From: Candidatus Micrarchaeota archaeon | GTDB lineage: Archaea > Micrarchaeota > Micrarchaeia > Micrarchaeales > CABMGC01 | Assembly (NCBI GenBank): GCA_021811535.1 | Contig: JAJZOF010000020.1 | Coordinates: 10,572-74,571, forward strand | Direction: 5' to 3' | DNA length: 64,000 nt | Part shown: in pieces, positions 1 to 8,331 of the stretch | Layout of the letters: each line of letters opens with the position of its first letter | Position numbering within the stretch: the stretch's first letter is position 1 | Translations under genes and position numbers: made by a program | The notes under the pieces: generated by a model | The model's input: only the letters and a program-made list of their open reading frames with translations | Databases searched by the model: none | Told to the model about the DNA's origin: nothing

Positions 1-1050
1 ATGGCCAGCGCGGCCGATACGCTGGATAAGCCTCACCACCTGGCGCGGGGAACCGTACTGCATGACCAGGTCTATTGCGCCTATGTCTATTCCCAGCTCA
101 AGCGAGCTTGTTGCTATTATGCATTTTATCTCGCCTCTCTTGAATGAGTCTTCCACGATTACGCGTTCCTCCCTGTCTATTGAGCTATGATGCACGCCGA
201 CCTTCCCGAAATCATCCTCCCTGCTGAAGTACAGCAGCTTGCTCCCGAGGGATTCGACTACCTGGCGCGTGTTGGCGAACAGTATCGATGCCTTGGATTC
301 CCTGATCAGGGCGCTGATGCGCTCTATCCTCGCGATGGACCTCTGGTCTATTGCAAACATAGCCTTTAGCTTGGCGCCTTTTTCGCCAGGCTGCATGGGC
401 ATCTCCACGCTCACGGAGTATTTCTTTGATGTTCCTGATGATATCTCCCTGTAATCGCCTTTGGGGAAGAGGAATGCGGCAGCTTCATCGCTGTCTGCGA
501 AAGTAGCGCTTATGCCTATTCTCTGGTACTCACCTGATATCTCTTTTATCCGTTCAAGAGTTATGGCGAGCTGGGCTCCGCGCTTGTTGAAGTAAAGCTC
601 GTGCATCTCGTCCACTATCACCGTGCGCAGGTTCTTCAGTTTTGGGCGCAGTCCCGAGAGCAGTATGTTCTGAAGAGTCTCCGGCGTGGTTATAAGGAAT
701 TGGGGGGCTTTCCTGACCTGCTCCCTTCGCTCCTGCGTGCTTGTATCCCCATGCCGCACGCTTATGCTTATCCCGGTCTCTTCTGAGAGCCATCGCAACC
801 TTGAGAGCAGGTCCCTGTTAAGGGCGCGGAGCGGGGTTACGTATATGGCGCATATTCCTTCCGCATTGGCTGATGGACCGGTATCCATTATCTTCTTCAG
901 CGTCGGTATTATTGCGGCTTCTGTCTTGCCGCTGCCCGTAGGCGCAGATATCAGGCAGTCTATGCCTTTCTCTATCGCAGGAAATGCCATCTTCTGTATC
1001 TCTGTCAGGCTGCCAAACTTCTCTTCCAGGAGTGCATATGGATCTTTCAT
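1..1050 (-). CDS. Lhr-like DEAH-box ATP-dependent helicase, N-terminal 350 codons (3' end runs off the window)
   Basis: Not in the ORF track because it is open at the window edge. My manual reverse-strand translation from ATG at 1050 is stop-free down to base 1. It reads MKDPYALLEEKFGSLTEIQKMAFPAIEKGIDCLISAPTGSGKTEAA (Walker A), TVIVDEMHEL (motif II), ATSSLELGIDIG and LIQRIGRAGH (motif VI). Confidence 0.85.
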   Translation of the reverse strand, partial: MKDPYALLEEKFGSLTEIQKMAFPAIEKGIDCLISAPTGSGKTEAAIIPTLKKIMDTGPSANAEGICAIYVTPLRALNRDLLSRLRWLSEETGISISVRHGDTSTQERREQVRKAPQFLITTPETLQNILLSGLRPKLKNLRTVIVDEMHELYFNKRGAQLAITLERIKEISGEYQRIGISATFADSDEAAAFLFPKGDYREISSGTSKKYSVSVEMPMQPGEKGAKLKAMFAIDQRSIARIERISALIRESKASILFANTRQVVESLGSKLLYFSREDDFGKVGVHHSSIDREERVIVEDSFKRGEIKCIIATSSLELGIDIGAIDLVMQYGSPRQVVRLIQRIGRAGH

Positions 1051-1051
1051 C

Positions 1052-2089
1052 TCAGGTGCCTCGGCTATTTCCTGCGGCAATCGGGTTTGATGTGAGTTCG
1101 CTTGAACCGTAGTCTGCTGCGTATATATACTTCCCATCTGGCGAGACTGCTATTCCTATTGGAAGGCTGCCCACGCTTATAGTTTTTAATATGGTATAAT
1201 TTGATGTGGATATCATAGATACCGTGCCGTTAACGTGGCTTGATACGTAGAGATACGAACCTCCCGGGGATAGCGCAAGTCCGACAGGGGCGGGGGCTAC
1301 GCTTATAGTCCTTAAGGTCGAGAGGCTTGAGGAGTTCAGGACGGAAACTGTGTTCCCCAGATTATCGGATATGTAAATCAGCCTGCCATCAGGGGATAGT
1401 ACGATATTCACAGGACCGATCCCTGCAGGGGCAGAGTTTGTGATGGTATAATTCTTAGCGGATATCTCTGCTATTGCATTCTGGTCGTTCTCTGCCACAT
1501 ATATGTAGCTGCCGTTCCTCGAGACAGCTATGCCGCTGGGATCAAGGCCGACGCTTATGTTTGCAACTAAGTCTCTGGAAGCTGCGGATATGACATAGAG
1601 CGAGTTGCCCTGGTTATCTGTGGCATATATGTAGCTGCCGTTCCTCGAGACAGCTATTCCCGCAGGAGTGCGGATTCCGGTTATTGTGCCGGTGACGATC
1701 CCTTTTGATGTAGAGAGTATGGCGATGCTGTTGGATCCGTAATTGGCTACGTAAAGGTATGAGCCGTCTGGAGAGAGGGCTATTCCGTCAGGCCCCAGGC
1801 CTGCAGTTACGGCACTTTCCACTAATCCATTTGAAGGGTATAGCACCGATACAGAACCCGTGCCGAAGTTGCTTAGGTATATCTTGCATCCAGGACCGAA
1901 TAACACGTATGCAGGATACTCCTGAACGCTCGCATTCCAGGCCCTCTCGCTGCACGTGGATGCGCCACCTGAAGCGGAGAGGTATATTAGGAGTGTCGCG
2001 ATTGCGGCAATGAGGACTATTGTGATCGCATTCCTTGCGCCGTGTTTGCCCTTGCTTCTTCTCTTCGGGTGTTTCATTTTATGCCTCAT
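1052..2089 (-). CDS. YVTN-family beta-propeller repeat protein, membrane anchored
   Basis: 345-aa ORF with a basic N-terminus and a TM helix (ITIVLIAAIATLLIYL). It is followed by tandem ~42-aa repeats of the type P.GIAVSPDGSYLYVAN...NSISVI, typical of YVTN beta-propeller repeats. Confidence 0.8.
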   Translation of the reverse strand: MRHKMKHPKRRSKGKHGARNAITIVLIAAIATLLIYLSASGGASTCSERAWNASVQEYPAYVLFGPGCKIYLSNFGTGSVSVLYPSNGLVESAVTAGLGPDGIALSPDGSYLYVANYGSNSIAILSTSKGIVTGTITGIRTPAGIAVSRNGSYIYATDNQGNSLYVISAASRDLVANISVGLDPSGIAVSRNGSYIYVAENDQNAIAEISAKNYTITNSAPAGIGPVNIVLSPDGRLIYISDNLGNTVSVLNSSSLSTLRTISVAPAPVGLALSPGGSYLYVSSHVNGTVSMISTSNYTILKTISVGSLPIGIAVSPDGKYIYAADYGSSELTSNPIAAGNSRGT

Positions 2090-2297
2090 GAAAGACGGAT
2101 CCTGCAGACCTGCAAGTCAGGCACCTGGCCGTATTGCATGCCGTGAGTAGAGATGATTCCACTGCTTATGCGCCTCTTTATATTGCATTTTATGAATATC
2201 CGTTTCAGGTTTATATCGCTTTGTCCACGCGTCCGTGTCTTATTGCCTGCAAGGGCCGCCGTGTAGGTTAGACCTGCGGAGACGCATTCGCATGGCT

Positions 2298-3911
2298 CTA
2301 TACGATATAGGCATTCCCTGATGCGGAATACTGCTTCGTAGAATTTGTCTTGGTATAGTTGAGCTGCAGATCAAGCGTAAGGCCGAGCGGTATGCCCTGA
2401 AGTGGAGTGGAATGATTGTAGCAGGTGATGTTTAGCGGTGCGTTCCCGAGAGGGCGGTAGTCCTCCTTCTCCACTGTAGAATTGCCGTAAAGGGTGCATG
2501 ATGCGGATACGACGGTATAGTTCTGACCCGATGACAAAACTACGGACAGTGTGTTTCCACTGAGCGATGCGTTTGTACAGGTAAACAGGTTACCGAAAGA
2601 GCAGGTATTCGCAAATCCTGAAGAGAATGCTTCTGATTTGCCGGCTATCCCAAGCCCGTTTATGTAGTTTATGTTTTCCGAAGGCTGGGCGAGTATGAGC
2701 GCCTTATTCACCGGCGAGAAGATGCTTATGCTATAGTTGCCTATGTACGCCTGCGTCGCTATCATGGACAGATTCTGCAGGTATGAGTAGTTTTTGCTGC
2801 CGTAAGGCTGCAGGTACGTGCTGCAGTATGAGCGGTTATCTGATGTGCTTATTATTCCGAAACATGTCATATTGGCGCTGCTTGGGGCTTCTCTCTCTAC
2901 CTGATATCCAAGGTATGAACCGTTAATGCCCAGTACGAATGCCGTCCCGTTGGAGAAATTGTAGATTGATTCTATCTCAGAATTGGAAGGGTAGGTAAGC
3001 CGTGGGAAGCTGCGCGCTGGAAGACTCTGCGCGGAGTTTGTAAAGTTAAGTTCGGCTATGCAGTTTCCGCCGACATATACGATCCCCTTTATCCAGCCTC
3101 CGCTGTACCTTGTGCAGAGCGTGGTAGTAGCGTTTATGCGAGAGAAGGAGACGGTGGAGTTATCTATAGTGTAATTCGTGTTGTAGAGCCCCTTGGCCTG
3201 TGATGCTATGCTGAAAACGGAAGGCGAGAGATAACCATCCAGCCAGAAGGACATTATGTAAGAACCGTTTTTATAGCCGGCATATGACGCATCGAGGTTG
3301 GCAACGTAAGGGGATGTCGTGTTGAGCAGAGGGTATATGTAATTGTTAAACGGCTTTATTCCGGATATCGAGAATGCGCTCTGATTATACACCTTTGAGA
3401 GATATATCGATAATATCAATCCAAGGGTGCGGTAGGAGTATGTTGAGTAAGAGCTCAGGTTTGCGGAAGGCAGATCCGAGGAAGGATTCGGCTGAGCAGG
3501 GGCCGATACGCTGAAATTCTCATAGGCCACTGTTGATGTCCTGTTTGGTATGTTGTACAGGTGCCCCGGGTCCGCTATCGCTGAGAAGGAGTATGAGCCG
3601 TATCCCTGGAAGGTATAGTTGAAGAAGAGATCCGCGCTCCTGCCTGGAGGAAGGTTGCTTATGGAATACGTCTTGTAAAGTGTGCCATTTACGAAGAGGC
3701 CTATATCGAAATTGTTTATCGCAGCCGGACCTGTATTCTTAACGGATATTGGCAGCGAGACCTGCTGGTACTGATAAAGGCTGCGGGAGAGATTCTGGTT
3801 AGAGAATACAACGGATATGCCTATCTGCGGGTTTGATGAGAGACTCCTGTAGTATACCGCGGCTGCTGCTACAGCAACTATGAATATTATCCAGAGATAT
3901 CTTTCTTTCAT
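2298..3911 (-). CDS. Membrane-anchored extracellular protein with a CARDB-like N-terminal domain, rich in N-glycosylation sequons
   Basis: 537-aa ORF with an N-terminal TM anchor (LWIIFIVAVAAAAVYY). It has a CARDB-like stretch (LPISVKNTGPAAINNFDIGLFVNGTLYKTYSISNLPPGRSADLFFNYTF). I counted roughly 30 N-x-S/T sequons by eye. The upstream gene overlaps it by ATGA. Confidence 0.6.
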   Translation of the reverse strand: MKERYLWIIFIVAVAAAAVYYRSLSSNPQIGISVVFSNQNLSRSLYQYQQVSLPISVKNTGPAAINNFDIGLFVNGTLYKTYSISNLPPGRSADLFFNYTFQGYGSYSFSAIADPGHLYNIPNRTSTVAYENFSVSAPAQPNPSSDLPSANLSSYSTYSYRTLGLILSIYLSKVYNQSAFSISGIKPFNNYIYPLLNTTSPYVANLDASYAGYKNGSYIMSFWLDGYLSPSVFSIASQAKGLYNTNYTIDNSTVSFSRINATTTLCTRYSGGWIKGIVYVGGNCIAELNFTNSAQSLPARSFPRLTYPSNSEIESIYNFSNGTAFVLGINGSYLGYQVEREAPSSANMTCFGIISTSDNRSYCSTYLQPYGSKNYSYLQNLSMIATQAYIGNYSISIFSPVNKALILAQPSENINYINGLGIAGKSEAFSSGFANTCSFGNLFTCTNASLSGNTLSVVLSSGQNYTVVSASCTLYGNSTVEKEDYRPLGNAPLNITCYNHSTPLQGIPLGLTLDLQLNYTKTNSTKQYSASGNAYIV

Positions 3912-4387
3912 TTTAACTCGCCGATTAATGATTTTTTGTTAAGTTCTTTTATTACTTCGCTTACGTTTACTACTATCTGGGATACGCTTGAATCGAAAAC
4001 AGAGCGGATCCAGTCCTCAGGCTCAAATTTCTCCCCTTTCTGAGGAGGGGAGAAGTAGAATCGGCCCTGCTCGTTCTTGATAAGGCCCATCTTCTTCATG
4101 CGCAGGAGATGATACCTAAGTGTCTTCTCGTTTATCTCCCCGTAGTTGGAATTTATGTAGGCCTCTATCTCCTTTGCAGAGGGATCCCTCTTCTTTGCAA
4201 ACTGGAAATACACAAGCGCATCCAGCACTGATATGACGCCCAGTCTTGATTCTCCGGGGTTTATTATCCCAATGGTCAGCGCCAGCCACCGGATTGCAGA
4301 CCTCCTTGTCTCTAGTACCTCTTTCGTGAGCCTCATGTTTCTTATGGTCATCTCTTTCTCTATGAGCGAGGCCTCGTTTATTTCCAT
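3908..4387 (-). CDS. Winged-helix transcriptional regulator
   Basis: 159-aa ORF with a wHTH-like segment (EIEAYINSNYGEINEKTLRYHLLRMKKMGLIKNEQGRFYF). Its stop overlaps the start of the 2298..3911 gene by 4 nt. Confidence 0.55.
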   Translation of the reverse strand: MEINEASLIEKEMTIRNMRLTKEVLETRRSAIRWLALTIGIINPGESRLGVISVLDALVYFQFAKKRDPSAKEIEAYINSNYGEINEKTLRYHLLRMKKMGLIKNEQGRFYFSPPQKGEKFEPEDWIRSVFDSSVSQIVVNVSEVIKELNKKSLIGELK

Positions 4388-4466
4388 AATATGATGCCTG
4401 CGTAGGATTGCAATAAGCTATCATGCTTCTGTTTTATATTGTTTTCTGAGACAGTTATATTTAACG

Positions 4467-4826
4467 ATGGTCACTATGCCAAATGAAAACGAAGGCAGCA
4501 GGGATGTTGAGAACATGCTTAAGGATTACCAGGTCCTGCAGGAACAGATGAAGGCAGTCGCAATACAGATAGAGCAGCTGCGCGGGCAGAAGCTTGAGGC
4601 GGAGAAGGCGCTGGACGAGCTGGAGAAGGCCGCGGGCAAGGTATACTTCACAGTTGGAGGGGTTATAGTAGAGACCAGCAAGGAAAAAGCGCTTGGCGAC
4701 CTTAAGGACCGGATGGAGCTGAATGCGGTAAGGATGCAATCGGCAAACAAGCAGTATGATGAATTGAAGAGCAAGGAGAAGGAGCTTGGAGACAGGATAA
4801 TGAAGGCTTACAAGCAATCGCAGTAA
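4467..4826 (+). CDS. pfdB: Prefoldin beta subunit
   Basis: 119-aa coiled-coil protein. The sequence QVLQEQMKAVAIQIEQLRGQKLEAEKALDELEK...VYFTVGGVIVETSKEKALGDLKDRMELNAVRMQS matches the prefoldin beta helix, beta-hairpin, helix layout. Confidence 0.8.
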   Translation: MVTMPNENEGSRDVENMLKDYQVLQEQMKAVAIQIEQLRGQKLEAEKALDELEKAAGKVYFTVGGVIVETSKEKALGDLKDRMELNAVRMQSANKQYDELKSKEKELGDRIMKAYKQSQ

Positions 4827-4890
4827 GCTTATCCCATCTCCCGGAAGCTTTTGCTGAAGAGCCGTTTCTGCGCGGAGAGAGGTCGCCTGT

Positions 4891-5409
4891 ATGCATTATC
4901 AATTTGACCTGCTATCATATGCAGAGGATGATTCCAGCCTGATAAGGAGATTGGGGCTTGACCACATTCTTGTGCTTGGCAGGGATGTGCATCTTGCAGA
5001 GGATGTCTCCCTTGACGGTAGGAAAAGATACCTTATAAAGAGCAGCAGCCAGAAGATCCTCTCGAGGGCCGTAAAGAACCCGAGCGTGGCGGGGATAATA
5101 TTTGAGGGCAGGGAGATACCGCTGCGCGCCATACAGGACAGTGCAAGGGAAGGAAAGGTAATACTCTTCCCATGCATGGATATCGTAAGCGCCATGCTCT
5201 CGGGAGACTTCGGAAGGATATATTCCGTGAGGAAGGCTGCGTCAATATGCATGAGGGAAAATGTGCACGCATGCGCAGTGAGCATGGCCCCGTCCAGGGA
5301 TAGCTTATTGTCTGCTGCACAGCTTGCTGCAATGAATGAGTTTATAGGGATAGCAAAATTGTATTATGAGGACTCTGTATCGGCATTTGGTGAGTTGATT
5401 GATAGTTAA
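4891..5409 (+). CDS. rnp3: RNase P protein component 3 (Rpp30-like), short form
   Basis: 172-aa ORF immediately upstream of Pop5 and overlapping it, which is the conserved archaeal Rpp30-Pop5 order. The C-terminal part (VILFPCMDIV...VRKAASICMRENVHACAVSMAPSRDSLLSAAQLAAMNEFIG) resembles Rpp30. It is shorter than typical homologs. Confidence 0.5.
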   Translation: MHYQFDLLSYAEDDSSLIRRLGLDHILVLGRDVHLAEDVSLDGRKRYLIKSSSQKILSRAVKNPSVAGIIFEGREIPLRAIQDSAREGKVILFPCMDIVSAMLSGDFGRIYSVRKAASICMRENVHACAVSMAPSRDSLLSAAQLAAMNEFIGIAKLYYEDSVSAFGELIDS

Positions 5410-5743
5410 GGCTAAGCGGAGGTATGTTGTTGCCGAGTGCTCCGGAGATGTAGATATGTCGTCTCCTGAGATGCAGAAATCGCTGAGGCTCTGCCTTCTG
5501 AAGCTCTTTGGAAGCATTGGGTATTCAAGGCTTGGCTATAAATTCATTGCGAGGATAGAGGGGAATGCATTCATAGTCAGGGTAGCCCGAGGCGAGGAGA
5601 AGGAGTTCATACTTGCGCTCTCCTTCGCCAGGGGCGAGTGGGGAGGTATCTTTAGCATTGCGACCTCAGGGACCATAAAGGCCGCGCTTAGGAACTACAG
5701 GGAAGCGGTGCAGCGTGGGGCGCAGCGGGAAGAAGGTAAATAA
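5399..5743 (+). CDS. rnp2: RNase P protein component 2 (Pop5/Rpp14)
   Basis: 114-aa ORF with a TTG start. KRRYVVAEC at the N-terminus and IATSGTIKAA near the C-terminus are typical Pop5 landmarks. Confidence 0.7.
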   Translation: MIVKAKRRYVVAECSGDVDMSSPEMQKSLRLCLLKLFGSIGYSRLGYKFIARIEGNAFIVRVARGEEKEFILALSFARGEWGGIFSIATSGTIKAALRNYREAVQRGAQREEGK

Positions 5744-5790
5744 GCAATCTATCTCACTGCAAGGATTATGCGTATATGCTGCATTCGGAT

Positions 5791-6465
5791 CTACTCCAGA
5801 AGAAGCCCGTATAGTTTCCTCTCCTTGAGATTCCTGAATATATAACGCGCCCCGGAAGCCTTGAGGATATCCATATCGTTCTGTATCACCGAGAGCCCTA
5901 TTGTGGCCATACCAAGGCTGCTCGCTGCGCTTATGAACTTCGGAATAGAGGTAAGGAGCCAGGTACCTTCAGGCTGCACTCCTGCAGATCCTGCCACCTT
6001 AAGCATTTCTGAGCACATCTCGGAGAAGGTGGCGCTGCCGGTTCCCGAGATGACGCCTGCGAAGACATGCTCCATGCCTGCCCTCCTAAGCTTGTTCTCG
6101 ATTATCTTCTCCGGTTCCCCGGATACTACGTATAGGACAGACGAGTCCTTGGAGAGCTTCGTGACAAGATCCCTGGCCCCGGGATTTAATATGATCCCGT
6201 CGTGACCTGCGGTGTTGTAGTAGGAATACTGGAGGAATTCCATGGCCATGCCTATCTTGGGTTTTATCTCCTCTTCCGGTATGCCCTTTGAAGAGAGCAT
6301 GGCCCTGACGCTTGCCTGGGCCGTATCGCTTATGAAGTTCTGGACGGTTGATGAGGCATCTACCCCATAGACGTCCTTTATTGCCTCGGCTATGTAGTTG
6401 TCCACGTTCTTCTTTTCCGAGATCAGCGTGTTTATGTCTAAGAATATTGCTTTTTTCATCGCCAT
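5791..6465 (-). CDS. HAD-superfamily-like protein with a degenerate catalytic motif
   Basis: 224-aa ORF. The N-terminal AIFLDINTL sits where HAD motif I (DxDGT) is expected. The VVSGEPEKIIENKL and LGMATIGL segments fit the HAD core fold. Confidence 0.45.
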   Translation of the reverse strand: MAMKKAIFLDINTLISEKKNVDNYIAEAIKDVYGVDASSTVQNFISDTAQASVRAMLSSKGIPEEEIKPKIGMAMEFLQYSYYNTAGHDGIILNPGARDLVTKLSKDSSVLYVVSGEPEKIIENKLRRAGMEHVFAGVISGTGSATFSEMCSEMLKVAGSAGVQPEGTWLLTSIPKFISAASSLGMATIGLSVIQNDMDILKASGARYIFRNLKERKLYGLLLE

Positions 6466-6612
6466 ACCGCCTTTATAGATAGACCGTCAAATGAAATTTT
6501 TACGAAAATATTATTATACTATATGTTTTATTGCGTAACCGTTCCGCTAAAACAAAGTTTTTAAATACCAGAGTATCGGTAAGAGAGATGTAGGGAAAGT
6601 TCATATTAAAGG

Positions 6613-6906
6613 GTGGGGGAAATGGATATGAATAAGGATAGCCTAGAGGCTAGTGGCTGGAACGCCACAGTGGAGACAAAGGTGGAGAACAGTTGCATGG
6701 ACTGCGGCAAGGAGTTCGGAAAGGATGAGATACGGGTGATTCCGCCGCGCAGGATGCAGGAGAGGGATCGCTACGTGCAGGCAAAGCTGGTGAAGAGAAG
6801 GATGCTCTGCATGAAGTGCTACAACATAGGCTGCGCGGATTCGTCCATGAAATTGCAGACAGAGAGGATTAACATAGCGAGACTCTTGAGCTCCACGCAC
6901 GGCTGA
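6613..6906 (+). CDS. Small zinc-ribbon protein (hypothetical)
   Basis: 97-aa ORF with two Cys pairs (CMDCG ... CMKCYNIGC). The ATG at 6622 is a likely alternative start. A TATA-like tttttaaata lies about 50 nt upstream. Confidence 0.4.
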   Translation: MGEMDMNKDSLEASGWNATVETKVENSCMDCGKEFGKDEIRVIPPRRMQERDRYVQAKLVKRRMLCMKCYNIGCADSSMKLQTERINIARLLSSTHG

Positions 6907-6966
6907 TTCGCAGGCCTCCTGCTGTGCACTTTATTAATTTTTGTCGCTATCTAAGATTGGATCTGC

Positions 6967-8331
6967 GTGGAGGCGCTTGACGGAGACAGGCTTGATACTG
7001 CAAGGAGAATATTCAGGGCTTATGATATACGAGGCATATCTCCTGACGATATAGACGAATTTGTCGCTTTCAGGGTGGGACTGGCCTTCGGGACAGCTAT
7101 CGGAAAGGGCAGGAGGGTCATCGTGGGAAGGGACGTGCGCGTAAGCAGCCCCAGGCTTGCCAGGGAACTGATAAAGGGGATACTAAAGACCGGAGTCGAT
7201 GTAGTGGATATAGGTGTTGTTCCGACACCTGTCCTGTATTATACGGTTTTTAACTGGAAGGCTGATGGAGGAATTGCCGTTAGCGCAAGCCATAATCCCC
7301 CGGAATGGAATGGCTTCAAGATTGTCGGAAGGGGAGGTGCAGTCTTCGCGAAAGGGATGGGACTTGACAGTATACAGAAGCTTTACGAGAGCGGAAAGTT
7401 TGCGGTTGCTAGCGAGGGGAAGAGGGAGGATGCTTCAGAGAAAGCGATAGAGGATTATAAGGAAGGCATCTCTGAGAGGGTCAGCATATCCGGAAAGCTC
7501 ATGGTAGGAATTGATCCGGGAAATGGCGCGTATGCGGAACTTGCTTCAGGCATGCTGAAGGCGCTCGGGGCAGAGGTTGTTTCCATAAACGATGTCCGTG
7601 ATGGTCGCTTCCCGAGCAGGTCTCCGGAACCAAAGGCGTCTAATATAGAAGAGCTGCGTAAGCTGGTTCTCAGGGATCACCTGGATGTTGGGGTTGCATT
7701 CGACGGCGATGGGGACAGGGCGCTTTTTGTGGATGACAAGGGTGAGGTGCTTGAGGGCGATATAATAATTGCCCTTCTCGCAATGATGACGCTGAAAAAG
7801 GGAGAGAAGGTGGTATATGAGGTGAGCTGCTCAAAATCAATAGAGGATGTAGTAAAAGAGCGCGGCGGAATACCAGTTCTCTCACGCGTGGGGCATTCGT
7901 ATATATTCCAGAAGATGGCTAGCGAGGGAGCCAGGATGGGCGGTGAGATATCAGGGCACCTCTATTTTAGCGAGATGGGGAATTTTGATGACGGATTCTA
8001 CGCTGCGGCGAAGCTTATGGGCGCCCTTTCCTCTTCGGGAAAGAGCCTCTCCGCACTCCTTAGCGGGATACCGAGATATGGCAGGGATGTGATAGAGATC
8101 GAGAGCAGCGACAGAGCCAAATTTGAGGTTGTGGAGAGAGTGAAGGAGAAGTACAATGGATCCGCGGCCAAGGTCATAGACATAGACGGCGTCAAGGTAA
8201 TCAGCAGCGGAGGATGGTTTCTGGTAAGGGCATCCAATACCTCTCCTAAGATAAAGATAGTGGTTGAGGCGGAGAGCAAGGATAGGCTTGAAGCCCTCAG
8301 GAAGGAAGCACTTGACGCAGTGCATGGTTGA
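6967..8331 (+). CDS. Phosphoglucomutase/phosphomannomutase family protein (GlmM/ManB-like)
   Basis: 454-aa ORF with a GTG start. It has the active-site loop SASHNPPEWNGFK, the metal loop GVAFDGDGDR and the sugar-binding GGEISGH. Confidence 0.9.
   Translation: MEALDGDRLDTARRIFRAYDIRGISPDDIDEFVAFRVGLAFGTAIGKGRRVIVGRDVRVSSPRLARELIKGILKTGVDVVDIGVVPTPVLYYTVFNWKADGGIAVSASHNPPEWNGFKIVGRGGAVFAKGMGLDSIQKLYESGKFAVASEGKREDASEKAIEDYKEGISERVSISGKLMVGIDPGNGAYAELASGMLKALGAEVVSINDVRDGRFPSRSPEPKASNIEELRKLVLRDHLDVGVAFDGDGDRALFVDDKGEVLEGDIIIALLAMMTLKKGEKVVYEVSCSKSIEDVVKERGGIPVLSRVGHSYIFQKMASEGARMGGEISGHLYFSEMGNFDDGFYAAAKLMGALSSSGKSLSALLSGIPRYGRDVIEIESSDRAKFEVVERVKEKYNGSAAKVIDIDGVKVISSGGWFLVRASNTSPKIKIVVEAESKDRLEALRKEALDAVHG

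Noticed and set aside
8264-8323. The upstream extension of the carbamoyltransferase ORF (MRRRARIGLKPSGRKHLTQC).
   Set aside because: It overlaps the last 68 nt of the PGM/PMM gene. The family N-terminus (VIGIHD.HDSGAAL) begins right after the in-frame ATG at 8324.
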